Below are positions 26,901 to 37,968 of a DNA stretch of 64,000 bases, piece after piece (the first letter of the stretch is position 1; every line of letters begins with the position of its first letter). Origin of the DNA: Calditrichia bacterium (GTDB lineage Bacteria > Calditrichota > Calditrichia > RBG-13-44-9 > J075); the NCBI GenBank assembly GCA_050633245.1, contig JBOEGD010000030.1, forward strand, positions 96,001-160,000, written 5' to 3'. Below the pieces are notes generated by a model. The model searched no databases, was not told the origin of the DNA, and was given only the letters and a program-made list of their open reading frames with translations. The position numbers and the translations under genes were made by a program.

Positions 26901-28382
26901 ATGAAAAAAAGCTACCTGCTCATCGCTGTGCTCGCTGTAATAAAACTTGTCATTCAACTGCTCGGAAACCGCAATTATGGGTTTCATCGCGACGAGCTTC
27001 TTCATTTATCCGTCAGCGAGCATCTCGATTGGGGATTCATGGAGTTCCCGCCATTTATTGGCCTGGCTGGTAAGTTATCGTATCTGTTTTTCGACTACTC
27101 TCTCATGGGAACGCGTTTTTTTCCAACGCTCGCCGGAGTTGCAATACTCGTTTTGTGCTGTCTGATGGCCAGAGAGTTTAAAGGCTCATTCAAAGCAATG
27201 CTCCTTGCCGGTGTTTGTGTGCTGGCGTTTCTGCCATTCTACAGGAACCACACCCTGTTTCAGCCGGTCGCCTTCGATCAGCTGTTCTGGACACTTGGGT
27301 TTTATTTCTGGATTCGCTTTATCAACACGGAAGACAAAAATTATTTGCTACTCACCGGCTTGACTCTCGGCGCCGGGTTAATGAATAAATACACCATCAT
27401 TATTTGGGCATTTGGAATCTTTTCAGGAATACTTTTGTCGGATCAAAAGAGCCTGCTGAAAGACAAATGGCTATACCTTTCCGGGTTATTAGCACTTGCT
27501 ATCTTTCTGCCGAATATTATCTGGCAGCTCGAAAACGGCGTTCCTTTTATCAGACATCTTCAAGAGTTGAGCAGCAGTCAACTGGACGAAATAAGCTGGT
27601 ATGATTTTGGACTTCAGCAGCTGGCCTTTCCGGTAACGCTTATCATCAGTATTATCGGCGTAAATGCACTGATCCGCGGAAAGACGTACCGATCCGTCGG
27701 CGTGGCGGCAATTATCATTTTTATCACCATGTGGGCACTCAAATCCAAAGCCTACTATGTTTTTGCACTTTATCCGGTACTGTTCGCTGCCGGCTCTGCT
27801 AAAGTTGAGGCCATGTTGTCTGCCAGAAACCCAATATGGATTTATACTTCCTCCGCTATTCTTTTTCTGTCAATTGTCCCTTTCATTCCTCACCTGACTC
27901 CTGTATTACCAATCGATCAATTCATAAAGTATGCGGATATCAACGCGGAAGCCGGTCGCTATGAACTCACCGGCGACTACGCAGATATGTTTGGCTGGGA
28001 AGAGCAAGCCGCTCTTGTAGACAGTGTTTATGGAGCGCTGAGTGATGAAGAACGCGCCAATTGCGTTCTTTGGGCTGAGAATTACGGCGAAGCCGGGGCT
28101 CTAAAAATATTGGGAAGGAAATATGGTTTACCAAATCCAATTAGTCGGCACGGCAGTTTTTGGTCCTGGGGCCACGGTAATGCGAATGCTTCGGTCTGGA
28201 TAAGCCTTGGCAATGAACAGGATGCCGTTGAGTGGATTTTTAATGACGTTGAACTCGTCACAACAATTACTCATCCATATGCCATTGGTGAAGAGAATGG
28301 CATCCCGCTTTACGTTTGCCGAACACCAAAGCGAGATGTCGCTCAGTGGTGGAAAGACTATGAGCCATATATTTTTGATTAA
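26901..28382 (+). CDS. Glycosyltransferase family 39 (ArnT/PMT-like) membrane protein
   Basis: YGFHRDEL motif, multiple TM helices and NYGEAGA. Confidence 0.8.
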   Translation: MKKSYLLIAVLAVIKLVIQLLGNRNYGFHRDELLHLSVSEHLDWGFMEFPPFIGLAGKLSYLFFDYSLMGTRFFPTLAGVAILVLCCLMAREFKGSFKAMLLAGVCVLAFLPFYRNHTLFQPVAFDQLFWTLGFYFWIRFINTEDKNYLLLTGLTLGAGLMNKYTIIIWAFGIFSGILLSDQKSLLKDKWLYLSGLLALAIFLPNIIWQLENGVPFIRHLQELSSSQLDEISWYDFGLQQLAFPVTLIISIIGVNALIRGKTYRSVGVAAIIIFITMWALKSKAYYVFALYPVLFAAGSAKVEAMLSARNPIWIYTSSAILFLSIVPFIPHLTPVLPIDQFIKYADINAEAGRYELTGDYADMFGWEEQAALVDSVYGALSDEERANCVLWAENYGEAGALKILGRKYGLPNPISRHGSFWSWGHGNANASVWISLGNEQDAVEWIFNDVELVTTITHPYAIGEENGIPLYVCRTPKRDVAQWWKDYEPYIFD

Positions 28383-28587
28383 CAGACAGTATTAGTCGTT
28401 TGTTCCAAATCGTAATTTCCACTTGTTTTCAAACCATCGACGTCTGCAAAAACTGAATCAGGTTTTATCGCAGTTTCAACTGCGCTTCTTAGAGCTAACC
28501 GGGCAGGAAGAGTTGATGAAAACGCTATATGAAGATGCGATCAAACAAATGAAACAGTAGCACGTAAGCTAAAGGAAACTCATTTTT

Positions 28588-29100
28588 ATGGAGAAAAGCA
28601 TGCCCCGACATGTCCATTATCGAAGCGGACTTACAATCCTTGCGATCATTTTTTTTGTGCTATCTTGTCAGACATCCCACTCTTCTTCAATTGCCGAGGA
28701 AAAAGAGCAAATATTAAAATTGCACCACGCTCAAAGGGACTATCACTTCAAAAAAGATTCCGTTGCCTTCGCCAATCAACTCTCAGACAATTTTATTTCT
28801 GTGAACAGAGGCGTAATTACCACACCAAAACGAGAAGAAACCATTGCACGATATAATGGCTACTTCTCGGCAGTTGAGTTCTTGAAATGGGATGATGTAT
28901 CCGACCCGATTATCCGATTTTCAGATGACGGTAGTATGGCCTATACAATCGTCGATAAAATTGTCGCCACAACAAGTCCAGATGAACAGGGCAATAATAT
29001 AGAGGGGTCAACTCATTTCGCCTGGACTGCCATTTACCGCAAGCATAATGGCGCTTGGAAAATTGATTGTGTTACATCGACCAATAAACCGATTGAGTAA
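28588..29100 (+). CDS. NTF2-like lipoprotein
   Basis: VLSC lipobox; WTAIYRKHNGAWKI. Confidence 0.7.
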   Translation: MEKSMPRHVHYRSGLTILAIIFFVLSCQTSHSSSIAEEKEQILKLHHAQRDYHFKKDSVAFANQLSDNFISVNRGVITTPKREETIARYNGYFSAVEFLKWDDVSDPIIRFSDDGSMAYTIVDKIVATTSPDEQGNNIEGSTHFAWTAIYRKHNGAWKIDCVTSTNKPIE

Positions 29101-29248
29101 ACCATTCATTAAAGATGCTTGGCAGGAACAATTTCGTATTGCCCTCAACAGGATACGGATCTATATTTCATGCATCATTACAAGAACAACCGACACATTT
29201 TTCCATCGAAGCATTACGCATTTCTAAACTCAAGAGTTGGAGAGAACT

Positions 29249-29944
29249 ATGAGCATAAGATCAATTATCCAAACACCGGCAAACGATCTAAGCAAAAGCC
29301 TTGAATTTTATACCAAGCTAAAATTCAGTATCGTTTCCGAAAAAGATCCGGTTATCGTCTCCGATGGAAAAGCCTTTATTGAAATTACCACTAATAAATT
29401 TACCCGGGCCGGGATAAAACTACTTAGCCCAAGCTGGGAGCGTATAGTGCCTGAGATTGAAAAGCTGACCAGTGTTATAAAAATTGACACGGGTTATCTT
29501 CTGAGCGATACGTCCGGCATGTGGATCTATCTTATTGAACACCCGGACGAGTTTGACCTCAAGCCATCAGAGTCTTCAACTTCAGTACTGGGTAACTATG
29601 CCGGTATTAGCTTGGAAACCGTCGATATCGAAAAGTCGATTGAGGTTTTTACTCTTCTTGGCTTTATGAAAACTGCCGGCGATGCCGATCAGGGTTGGCT
29701 TACGCTAAAAAACGATGACGATCTTGGCATTAGCGTTATGAAGCCCAATTTCTGTCCACATTTATTCACCAACCCTTCGTTAACCTACTTTAACGGCGGC
29801 AAGAACGAACCGGTCATTCAAAACATCAGAGATTTGAATATTCCTATCACGGAAGAAATTACCCACTTCAACGATGCTGGAATCGTAGACAATGTGATCA
29901 TAAAAGATCCTGGTGGATTCGGGTTCTTTATTTTTAATGATTAG
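29249..29944 (+). CDS. Two-domain VOC-like protein
   Basis: DLSKSLEFYTKLKF, DIEKSIEVFTLLGF and IKDPGG motifs. Confidence 0.7.
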   Translation: MSIRSIIQTPANDLSKSLEFYTKLKFSIVSEKDPVIVSDGKAFIEITTNKFTRAGIKLLSPSWERIVPEIEKLTSVIKIDTGYLLSDTSGMWIYLIEHPDEFDLKPSESSTSVLGNYAGISLETVDIEKSIEVFTLLGFMKTAGDADQGWLTLKNDDDLGISVMKPNFCPHLFTNPSLTYFNGGKNEPVIQNIRDLNIPITEEITHFNDAGIVDNVIIKDPGGFGFFIFND

Positions 29945-29959
29945 AATCGGGAGTCGGGA

Positions 29960-30406
29960 TCAGTTTTTCTCCAAAAAGCTTTTCAGATGGGTGGCAATAT
30001 AGCTGCCCCACGTTCTTGAACAAACGTCGTAACAGATAAAATCCGGGACCAGACCCTCGTGGTAGAAGCTTACTTCTACAGTTTCAGCATCCATTCGCTT
30101 TACATCCCAATGCTGCTTGGTTCCCACCCATTCCTTCTCGACCCCCTGCAAACCAGAAATAATTTGCCTCGAGTCGATACATTCCCAGCTTATTTTTTCA
30201 TCCGGCTTAAAGTCGATTACTTTAAATCGGTACCATGGTTCTCCCCAGGAAACGGTAAATTCATCGCTTAACCCGCTTACAGGCCTGTCCGTTTTTCCCC
30301 ACCAGCTATCGATATGTTTGGTTAGTCCCTCAAAAACTGAGCGCTGATTCGCCTTTATGATAACGGATGTTTTGTAGCCCAGCTGCTTACTTTCAAGTGT
30401 AGCCAT
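29960..30406 (-). CDS. SRPBCC/START domain protein
   Basis: ISWECID, EWVGT and FYHEGLVP...CYDVCSRTW. Confidence 0.82.
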   Translation of the reverse strand: MATLESKQLGYKTSVIIKANQRSVFEGLTKHIDSWWGKTDRPVSGLSDEFTVSWGEPWYRFKVIDFKPDEKISWECIDSRQIISGLQGVEKEWVGTKQHWDVKRMDAETVEVSFYHEGLVPDFICYDVCSRTWGSYIATHLKSFLEKN

Positions 30407-30511
30407 TTTGCCTATCCTTTCTGGTTGCAAATTTAAAGCAGTTGCAATTTAGGCCATCTGATTGTATTTTGCAACCAGAAATACTAAAACCACTAATTCG
30501 ACGGAATACCA

Positions 30512-30928
30512 ATGAAAAAACCCAGGTCCAACTGTCCGCAAAATCTAATTCTGGAAGTTATAGGAGATCGCTGGACGCTGCTGATTATCCGCGATATGAT
30601 TATTAACGGAAAGCACTACTTTCGCGAATTTATGAAGTCCGATGAAAAAATCGCATCAAACATTCTGGCTGCCAGATTAAAAATGTTGGAAGAAGAAGGC
30701 ATTATCCACCAACAGGATGACCCACAGCATAAACAAAAGATACGCTACTCACTGACGCAGAAAGGTATCGATCTCTTTCCCATTTTGATGGAAAATGCAC
30801 GCTGGAGCCTGAAATACAAAGCCGTTGATCCGGCAGATGCACAAATCGCCCAACAGATTCTGGATGCTGGGCCAAGCGCCATTCAGTCCATAATGGAGAA
30901 TCTCGCCAAAGAACATCTTAATTCGTAG
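30512..30928 (+). CDS. HxlR family winged-helix regulator
   Basis: CP...LEVIGDRWTLLIIRD and YSLTQKG motifs; divergent from the SRPBCC gene. Confidence 0.9.
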   Translation: MKKPRSNCPQNLILEVIGDRWTLLIIRDMIINGKHYFREFMKSDEKIASNILAARLKMLEEEGIIHQQDDPQHKQKIRYSLTQKGIDLFPILMENARWSLKYKAVDPADAQIAQQILDAGPSAIQSIMENLAKEHLNS

Positions 30929-30940
30929 CGACGCGCAATC

Positions 30941-30978
30941 GTGTAGTAGAGGCGCAAAATCGTGAGCCTCTACTACAC
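30941..30978. repeat. GTAG-type REP-like palindrome
   Basis: GTGTAGTAGAGGC...GCCTCTACTACAC. Confidence 0.7.
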
Positions 30979-31111
30979 ATCATTTCTGATTGTTCTTTAG
31001 CATATCACACCATATATTCAATCTATTCCTTACTACTCTCCCCGCTTTTCTCAACGTGCAATGATATATCGCCTAATTCATTCACTGAGAATTAAACAAG
31101 AGGAATCGCAA

Positions 31112-32440
31112 ATGAAGATCGCCCCTTTTAACCGTCTTACATTATTCTTAACTCTCTTACTCGCCAGTTTACTAATGAATTGTCAGCGCCAGTCTATCGA
31201 TGCATCGAATTATCATGCCGACATGCTGAATGATTGGAATAAGAAAGTTATGGAAATCGCCATCACAGAAGATAAACTGCTCACGATGAAAGGTGTTCGC
31301 ACGGAAGCATTGATGCATATCGCCATTCACGATGCATTAAATTCCATAAAGCCGATGTATTCTCCCTATTCTTATTCAGAACCTTCTACAAATGCAAACC
31401 CAATTGCGGCGACAGCACAAGCAGCCTATGACATAGCAATTAGTCAATATCCCGATAAACAAAAGGACTTCGAAAAGGAGTTGAACAAGTGGCTGATTAC
31501 AGTCGATGAAGGAACAGCAAAGACGGCTGGAATTGCATTGGGAAGTGCCAGTGCAGCCAGCATTCTAGCCAAGCGCAGCAATGACAAATGGAATGGCGAG
31601 GCCGATTATACCTGGCATCCTATGGCACCGGGCGTCTATGCCGAGTTTAATGAGCATAGCGGGACACCGGAAGGGTTCATTTTTGGTGCCGGCTGGGCAG
31701 CGGCGAAACCTTTTGTTTTGCCAAGTCAGGATCATTTCCGCTCACCTGCGCCTCCCGAAATAAACAGTGCCGATTATACCTCAGCATTTAATGAAGTAAA
31801 AGAATTTGGAAGTACCAAAAGCACAGTACGCACAGACGATCAGGCACACCTGGCAATGTGGTGGAAAGATTTTGTTGAGAGTTCACATAACCGGTTGGCA
31901 AGAGAACTCGTGGTAAAGGAAAAGTTAAACCTCTGGCAAGCAGCGAGAGTTTTCGCCTTATTGAACATGACAACCTGCGATGCCTATATTAACGTTTTTA
32001 ACAATAAATTCCACTACAACCACTGGCGCCCATATACGGCGATACGGTGGGCTGAAAATGATGAAAATCCGGATACGAAAGCAGACACGGAGTGGAATAA
32101 CCTTCACGAGCACACCTATGCCTTTCCGTCTTATCCATCAGCACATGGCACAGCCAGCACTGCGGCAATGACGGTATTGGCCAGTACATTGGGCAAAGGG
32201 AATACCTACAGCTTTACCATGACCACCGAAGAAGTCGACAAAGCGGGTCCTTTTTCTGAGAAAATAGAGATGGAGCCGCCTTTTCGTACATTTAACAGCT
32301 TTTCAGAAGCAGGACTGGAAGCTTCCATGTCCCGCGTTTATCTGGGCATTCATTTTCGATACGACTCTGAAGAAGGTCATCGCCTGGGAGCAGAAATTGG
32401 CAACTATGCCAGCGATAACTTTCTCAAACCTCTGGAGTAA
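31112..32440 (+). CDS. Vanadium-dependent haloperoxidase-like PAP2 lipoprotein
   Basis: KFHYNHWRP, PSYPSAH and SRVYLGIHF motifs; signal peptide with Cys. Confidence 0.85.
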   Translation: MKIAPFNRLTLFLTLLLASLLMNCQRQSIDASNYHADMLNDWNKKVMEIAITEDKLLTMKGVRTEALMHIAIHDALNSIKPMYSPYSYSEPSTNANPIAATAQAAYDIAISQYPDKQKDFEKELNKWLITVDEGTAKTAGIALGSASAASILAKRSNDKWNGEADYTWHPMAPGVYAEFNEHSGTPEGFIFGAGWAAAKPFVLPSQDHFRSPAPPEINSADYTSAFNEVKEFGSTKSTVRTDDQAHLAMWWKDFVESSHNRLARELVVKEKLNLWQAARVFALLNMTTCDAYINVFNNKFHYNHWRPYTAIRWAENDENPDTKADTEWNNLHEHTYAFPSYPSAHGTASTAAMTVLASTLGKGNTYSFTMTTEEVDKAGPFSEKIEMEPPFRTFNSFSEAGLEASMSRVYLGIHFRYDSEEGHRLGAEIGNYASDNFLKPLE

Positions 32441-32529
32441 TGGCAATTGAAAGACGGCAAGTAAAGGACGGCAAATAGCAGACGGCAGGAGAGCGGATGA
32501 AACTTCAAAATGAGTCCTTCGGTTTCCCT

Positions 32530-32620
32530 ATCCCGAGCGGAGTCGAGGGTCTAAAGACAATCTCCGTCGAAATCTGAGCGGAGCGAAGGCAAGCGCTCCC
32601 CGAGCGAAGCCGAGGGGAAG
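32530..32620. repeat. Cluster of three REP-like elements (CCCGAGCGGAGTCGAGGG family)
   Basis: Three related imperfect palindromes; degenerate relatives near 35795-35842 and 39428-39470. Confidence 0.65.
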
Positions 32621-32665
32621 CTAAAGACGGCAGGTGAAAGACTGCATTAACATCCGGAGCTAAAA

Positions 32666-33157
32666 ATGACCAGAACATACACAATTCCCTCAAAAACCCG
32701 TATCGGCCATATCCATTTGAAAGTCTCGGATCTTGAGAGATCACTTCAGTTCTACCGGGACTTGCTGGGCTTTGAAGTAATAACAATGTATGGAGACCAG
32801 GCGGCTTTTATCTCGGCCGGTGGTTATCATCATCATATCGGGTTGAATACCTGGCAGAGCAAAGATATGCCACCAGCGCCAAAACAAGGCGTTGGCTTAT
32901 TTCATACTGCGATTCTGTATCCAACGCGTAAAGACCTGGCGACAATATATAATCGACTGCGCAAAGCGAATTATCCATTAACCGGCGCGAGTGACCACGG
33001 CGTTTCCGAAGCGCTCTACCTGGATGACCCTGATGGCAACGGCGTCGAGCTGTACTGGGACCGTCCGAAAGATCAGTGGCCTAAAAAAGCTAACGGATCG
33101 CTGGAAATGTATACCAAAGCGCTGGATATTGACGGGTTGTTAAAAGAACTAGACTGA
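32666..33157 (+). CDS. VOC family protein (CatE/catechol 2,3-dioxygenase-like)
   Basis: IGHIHLKVSDL, GGYHHHIGLNTW and DHGVSEALYLDDPDGNGVELY motifs. Confidence 0.9.
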   Translation: MTRTYTIPSKTRIGHIHLKVSDLERSLQFYRDLLGFEVITMYGDQAAFISAGGYHHHIGLNTWQSKDMPPAPKQGVGLFHTAILYPTRKDLATIYNRLRKANYPLTGASDHGVSEALYLDDPDGNGVELYWDRPKDQWPKKANGSLEMYTKALDIDGLLKELD

Positions 33158-33353
33158 CTGGAGGCAGGTGAAATTAACGGCAAATAAAAGACGGCAATGT
33201 GAAACCGAGGCCGGGAGGTGTAATAAAATGGCTTGAATCTGCCTGCCCGGTGAAGGGGGAATTGGGAACGTAATTTTCTCAACGATTCTGACCGTTTCTC
33301 ACTAAACTTGTTCACTTTTCACTTTTCACTGTTTTTAACCATGCAAAACTACA

Positions 33354-33893
33354 TTGAACTCGCCAAAAAAAAATGGAATCGTGCTGCTGGAGGCAGGCCC
33401 CTGCCAATTCTGTGGTGCCCAAACAAAACGCGGCATCCATGAATGTCTGGAGATCTTTAATCTTGGATTTCCGGCAATCGATTACTCTCAGCCTGAAAAC
33501 CATATCTATCGCTTTTTAGCTGTCAATGCTCATACCCTGCAACATTCCGAAATACACGGCAGATGGAGCAATCATTTTCACCTCAGTCGGCTACACCTCG
33601 TTTTGCGTTACTATGCGAAGTGGCAATACCAACTTTCACCCCAGCTTAGCGATCACCTGCGAAGCTATAAAAAAGACAATCCGAATGAGCTCCTTACGCC
33701 ACCCGCCATTAAATTACGAGGCAACATCACCACTACCGATGTCTTGCAAAAATCGACTGACGAAGAATCTTGCAAAGCAATGGTTAAAGAGTGAGCTGAG
33801 TTCGTATACTCTATCTGGCAAGCTCATCACACAACAGTGGACAAAGTTGCAATCCGTTTTTTGAAAGTTGGAAACGAACACACAAAACCGTAG
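33354..33893 (+). pseudogene. DUF5946-like gene interrupted by TGA at 33792
   Basis: Frame continues past TGA as MVKE*AEFVYSIWQAHH to TAG 33893. The stop sits where Trp is expected from my recollection of the family. Confidence 0.6.
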
Positions 33894-33907
33894 TCAATGG
33901 AGTACCA

Positions 33908-34399
33908 ATGCCTGATATCCGGAAAAAATTACTACATTATTTCAACGAGGATCTCTCTCAATTAAAACAAAAAGCACTAGAAATAGATACGGAAACCTCC
34001 AAAATAGGGGCAGCAAAAACACGTTCAGTTTATAAGTGGAAACTGGCTAAACCGATATTGATTTTCACCCATGCAGAACAAATTGAATTTAATGATGTTC
34101 CTCTACTTTTTACCTTAAAAGCTTATAAAACTGCGACGGCTGATTATGAACACATCTTCAACGCGCTTGTAAAATTGATAGGACTGGATGCAAATGGGAA
34201 TGGCATTATTACATCAGAGGAAAGACAACGAGCGGGTCAATATATAAGCAGGATTTGGTGTATAAATAAACACCACAACAATATTCAAGAGTATCCACCG
34301 GAAGGAGAAGGCTATATTATTTCTCTCAGAAATAATCCTAAAGAATGCGGTCTTGAAATAACTCATTTTCTGAACTTGTTCGCTGCTTCTCCACCTTAA
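33908..34399 (+). CDS. Hypothetical protein
   Basis: 163-aa ORF with RBS (GGAG); AT-rich. Confidence 0.55.
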   Translation: MPDIRKKLLHYFNEDLSQLKQKALEIDTETSKIGAAKTRSVYKWKLAKPILIFTHAEQIEFNDVPLLFTLKAYKTATADYEHIFNALVKLIGLDANGNGIITSEERQRAGQYISRIWCINKHHNNIQEYPPEGEGYIISLRNNPKECGLEITHFLNLFAASPP

Positions 34400-34506
34400 C
34401 TACTGCTGATTCAATATAATACTGCCCTAATAAACTCGAAAGAAAACGGAAACAATTAGCGAAATCAGCCTTTTCGACCTCTTTAAAAGACAAAAAAGAA
34501 GCCGCT

Positions 34507-35757
34507 ATGAAAAATCTAGCATTATTTCTACCTCTTTTATTATTCTCTACAGGGATAATTGCGCAGGCCCCCTCTGAAAATCCTGCCGAAATGATAGCCA
34601 TCGGTGATAAACATATCATTGACTCTAAAATTCTCGGCGAGCAACGTGAAATTCTGATACACGTCCCAAGCGACTTTTACGGCATGAACGAGACCAACAT
34701 GCGCTACCCGATCGTGGTAGTAATGGATGGAGAAAGTCAATTTATCTCTACGGTAGGCGTTTTAGATCAGCTGAACTCGGCAGCCAGCGCAAATGATCTT
34801 TGTCCGGCAATGATTATTGTCGGCATTCCCAATACTAATCGCGACCGCGACTTAACGCCCACACCCGGAGTTGTTGGCAGCGATTCGTCCAGCCTCAGCT
34901 ATACCGGTGGCGCAGACAAGCTGGCACAGTTTCTGGAAAAAGAGCTGATACCGTGCATAGACAAGACCTATCCGACGGCACCGCATCGCACGCTTATTGG
35001 CCACTCGCTTGGCGGACTCTTCGCACTAAATACGCTGATCAAATTCCCGCATCTGTTTACGAATTATCTAGCGATTGACCCGTTTATGAGCTGGGATGAT
35101 CAACGCTTTTCCAGGTATGTTATTGAGCAGCTAAGTGAGAACAGATTTGAGGGAAAGAATCTGTACATCGCTACAGCAAATACACGCATGTCCTGGATGG
35201 ATCTGAATGACGTGCGAAGCGATACTTCAGAAATAATGAAGGTGATGCGTAGCGTTATTGAGTTTGGCGACGAGCTGAAGAAAAACAAACTTGCTATTTC
35301 CTTTCAGAATAAGTTATACGAGAATGAAAATCACTTTCAGATTCCGCTAATTGCTACTTATGATGGCCTTCGCTATTTTTATCAGGACTATCCATTCCGG
35401 AAAATGGTGGAATATTATCACCCCGACCCACCGATAGCACATGCAAACCTGACTAACGAGTTGGAAGCACACTTTAAAAAGCTCTCTAACCAAATGGGTT
35501 ACACCGTTCGTCCAATGGAAAGCTATCTGAACGCCTGGGCTTTTGGCTTTCTGCAGTGGAAAAAACCGAAATTCGCAGAGCAGTTATTTAATCTTAACAC
35601 CGAATACTATCCCGGCAGTGCAAATGTCTGGGCTGCCAAGGCTCACTATTTCCTCACGCAAAATGACACGGTTCAGGCGATTCGAAGTTTAGAAAAATCA
35701 TTGGCGATTAAAGAAGTAACCTATGTGCGGGAACAGCTGGAAGCCCTACAAAAATGA
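34507..35757 (+). CDS. Secreted alpha/beta hydrolase esterase (IroE/Fes-like) with C-terminal TPR
   Basis: Signal peptide, RDRDLTP and GHSLGG motifs. Confidence 0.88.
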   Translation: MKNLALFLPLLLFSTGIIAQAPSENPAEMIAIGDKHIIDSKILGEQREILIHVPSDFYGMNETNMRYPIVVVMDGESQFISTVGVLDQLNSAASANDLCPAMIIVGIPNTNRDRDLTPTPGVVGSDSSSLSYTGGADKLAQFLEKELIPCIDKTYPTAPHRTLIGHSLGGLFALNTLIKFPHLFTNYLAIDPFMSWDDQRFSRYVIEQLSENRFEGKNLYIATANTRMSWMDLNDVRSDTSEIMKVMRSVIEFGDELKKNKLAISFQNKLYENENHFQIPLIATYDGLRYFYQDYPFRKMVEYYHPDPPIAHANLTNELEAHFKKLSNQMGYTVRPMESYLNAWAFGFLQWKKPKFAEQLFNLNTEYYPGSANVWAAKAHYFLTQNDTVQAIRSLEKSLAIKEVTYVREQLEALQK

Positions 35758-35955
35758 GCGGGCGAGTGGGAGAACGGGTGAGCGGGAGAAGTCAAGCGCT
35801 CCCCGAGGGACAGCACTTATACAAAGCCTCAAGCTGAGCGAGCATAGAGTATAGACTGTGAGAAATTCTCTCATTCACTTTTTTTGACCATTCACTTAGA
35901 GACTTATTGCCCGATTGCACTATTGCCTACAAACGACTGCAGTGAGCGACCTATT

Positions 35956-36387
35956 ATGAATACTCTCAAATTTCGCCCATACCAGCCAATCGATTTGGCT
36001 TATTGCAACTCGCTGGTCGAGGCTAATATGAAATCCTACTTTGAAGCCCAGGACATCGTTTGGGATAAAGCGCGATATGAAAAAGAACTGCAAAACGGCT
36101 TTGTTCGGATAGCAGAAATCGACGGGGAAAGAGTTGGATTCTATCACCTTGGCGAAAAGGAAACGCATGTTCATATTCACACCATCCAAATTGATGCGGC
36201 AAAAAGGAATCTGGGAATCGGAAGTCAGGTTATGCATCAGATAGAAAAAGATGTTCTAAAAATGGGGAAAGACAAGATTCAACTCAATGTGTTTGAGGCC
36301 AACCCTGCCAAAAAGCTTTATCTTCGACTGGGCTATCAAGTGGAAGAAAAGAGTGGTTCGAAGTTTCTGATGAGCAAGGAAATTTGA
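35956..36387 (+). CDS. GNAT N-acetyltransferase
   Basis: RNLGIGS and NPAKKLYLRLGY motifs. Confidence 0.85.
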   Translation: MNTLKFRPYQPIDLAYCNSLVEANMKSYFEAQDIVWDKARYEKELQNGFVRIAEIDGERVGFYHLGEKETHVHIHTIQIDAAKRNLGIGSQVMHQIEKDVLKMGKDKIQLNVFEANPAKKLYLRLGYQVEEKSGSKFLMSKEI

Positions 36388-36967
36388 CCCTCATTTAACC
36401 GTAGACACTTAGACCGACGGCGCAAAGAGCAGTAATCTTATTAACAGAAAAAGACATCATTTGCGGCAAATGGCAAATCCCGCTCATCACAATTAAAACG
36501 TCTAAGTTAACAGAATTCGGATCTTTTCTTGGTGCTGGACAGGTATTGAAGATCCAAACCAGGGGCGATACAAACCATCCATTTGGGATGCAGCGAAATC
36601 CCGAATGGACACATCAGCAAGTCTTACCACTTATGCCTGAAAAGGGCCGGATGGGCAATTCTCCTTTTAGCATCATCATTCGTGCAGTCGTAGTTGACTA
36701 CCTGCTCTATTTAATTTATGAAAGGTCTTTTCAAACCTGAAACACAGAAGCCGCCTAAAGTTCCTCACCATATAATTGATTCAACAGCTGGCCTACCACA
36801 TTTAATCTATAAGTCGATAATCATTTTGCAAGCAGGTCGCCGAGTTTCTAATTGCGCTTCCATAGAGTAGCAATTATATTTTATCTACTCTTCATGTTAT
36901 CTCTAATTTAACAATGACAATCGTTGCATCAGTGTGTATATAACATTTAGAAATATGAAAGTTTAGT

Positions 36968-37828
36968 ATGGTATTAAATAAAAAGTCATTAGAAAAACTA
37001 AGAGAGCTGATTAATGAGGAGACAGAATATCGCTCTGGACCGAAGTTAGTTACTTTTTTTAATGAGCTTGGGTTTCGAGACTCATATGGTCAAGGGTTTC
37101 CTTCTCGGTGGATGTATACCGATGAAAAACTGTCTACAATTAATGGCTCACCAGAGTTGGATACCTGCATAAAAAAATTACTAAACCCAATAAACTTTAT
37201 AGGTAAGGTCTCTAAACTAGATGAACACATACAAGACTTAAACCAATATTTAGCATTTGATAAGTGGAAAATAGTTCGGAAAGACACCACTATTTCGTTC
37301 AAAAAAACAGATAAAATTGAATTGCATGATAGCAATATTGAATCGACAGTAACAGAAGATCAATTTCTTGATAGAGAGTTTAAAGAGATTTCAATTCGGC
37401 CTTTAGGACTTGATTCAATTGTAAGCGAGGTTTTAGAAAAAAGACTATCCGAAATAAAAAACTGCCTTAATTCAAAATCACCTTTAGCTGTTATCTTTTT
37501 ATCAGGTAGTAGTTTAGAAGGGATTTTGTTGGGATTGGCGTTAGCTCAACCAAAAAACTTTAATCAAGCAAAGTCTGCACCAAAAGAAAAAGACGGAAAA
37601 GTAAAGCATTTTCCCAATTGGACATTAGCACAATTTATTGACACAACTTATGAAATCGGACTTATAGGAGAAGACGTTAAAAAGTTTAGTCATGTCCTTA
37701 GAGACTTTAGAAACTATATCCATCCTTATCAACAAGTAAGTTCTAGATTTAACCCTGATGAGCATACAGCTAAAATCTGCTTTCAAGTCTTAAAGACTGC
37801 AATTCATCAAATAAGTAAAAACATTTGA
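36968..37828 (+). CDS. AbiJ-like N-terminal domain + HEPN-like C-terminal domain protein
   Basis: YRSGPKLVTFFN...SRWMY N-terminus and LRDFRNYIHP motif; AT-rich. Confidence 0.6.
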   Translation: MVLNKKSLEKLRELINEETEYRSGPKLVTFFNELGFRDSYGQGFPSRWMYTDEKLSTINGSPELDTCIKKLLNPINFIGKVSKLDEHIQDLNQYLAFDKWKIVRKDTTISFKKTDKIELHDSNIESTVTEDQFLDREFKEISIRPLGLDSIVSEVLEKRLSEIKNCLNSKSPLAVIFLSGSSLEGILLGLALAQPKNFNQAKSAPKEKDGKVKHFPNWTLAQFIDTTYEIGLIGEDVKKFSHVLRDFRNYIHPYQQVSSRFNPDEHTAKICFQVLKTAIHQISKNI

Positions 37829-37920
37829 AATAACTCGCTAAAAAACACACTCTCCTTGTAATAATAACACTATTTGAGCCTAATAAACGAAGCCGCTCTC
37901 CCACTCATATTTTCACTTGC

Positions 37921-37962
37921 GTAACCGAATTGTTACACTTATATTGGTAACCAAATGGTGAC
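37921..37962. promoter_or_regulatory. Putative ArsR autoregulatory operator (two imperfect palindromes)
   Basis: GTAACCGAATTGTTAC and GTAACCAAATGGTGAC just upstream of the ArsR ATG. Confidence 0.6.
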
Positions 37963-37968
37963 CTATCT

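Noticed and set aside
28440-28560. Possible gene 3' remnants (RLQKLNQVLSQF...KQMKQ* here; others at 29119-29240 and 36546-36740)
   Set aside because: Plausible fragments, but I cannot assign a family without a search.
33792-33794. Second in-frame TGA as a possible selenocysteine codon
   Set aside because: Context (VKE*AEFVYSIW) fits a Trp position rather than a redox Cys, and there is no convincing SECIS. More likely a TGG>TGA nonsense change or sequencing error. Other genes here end normally in TGA, so the genetic code is not reassigned.
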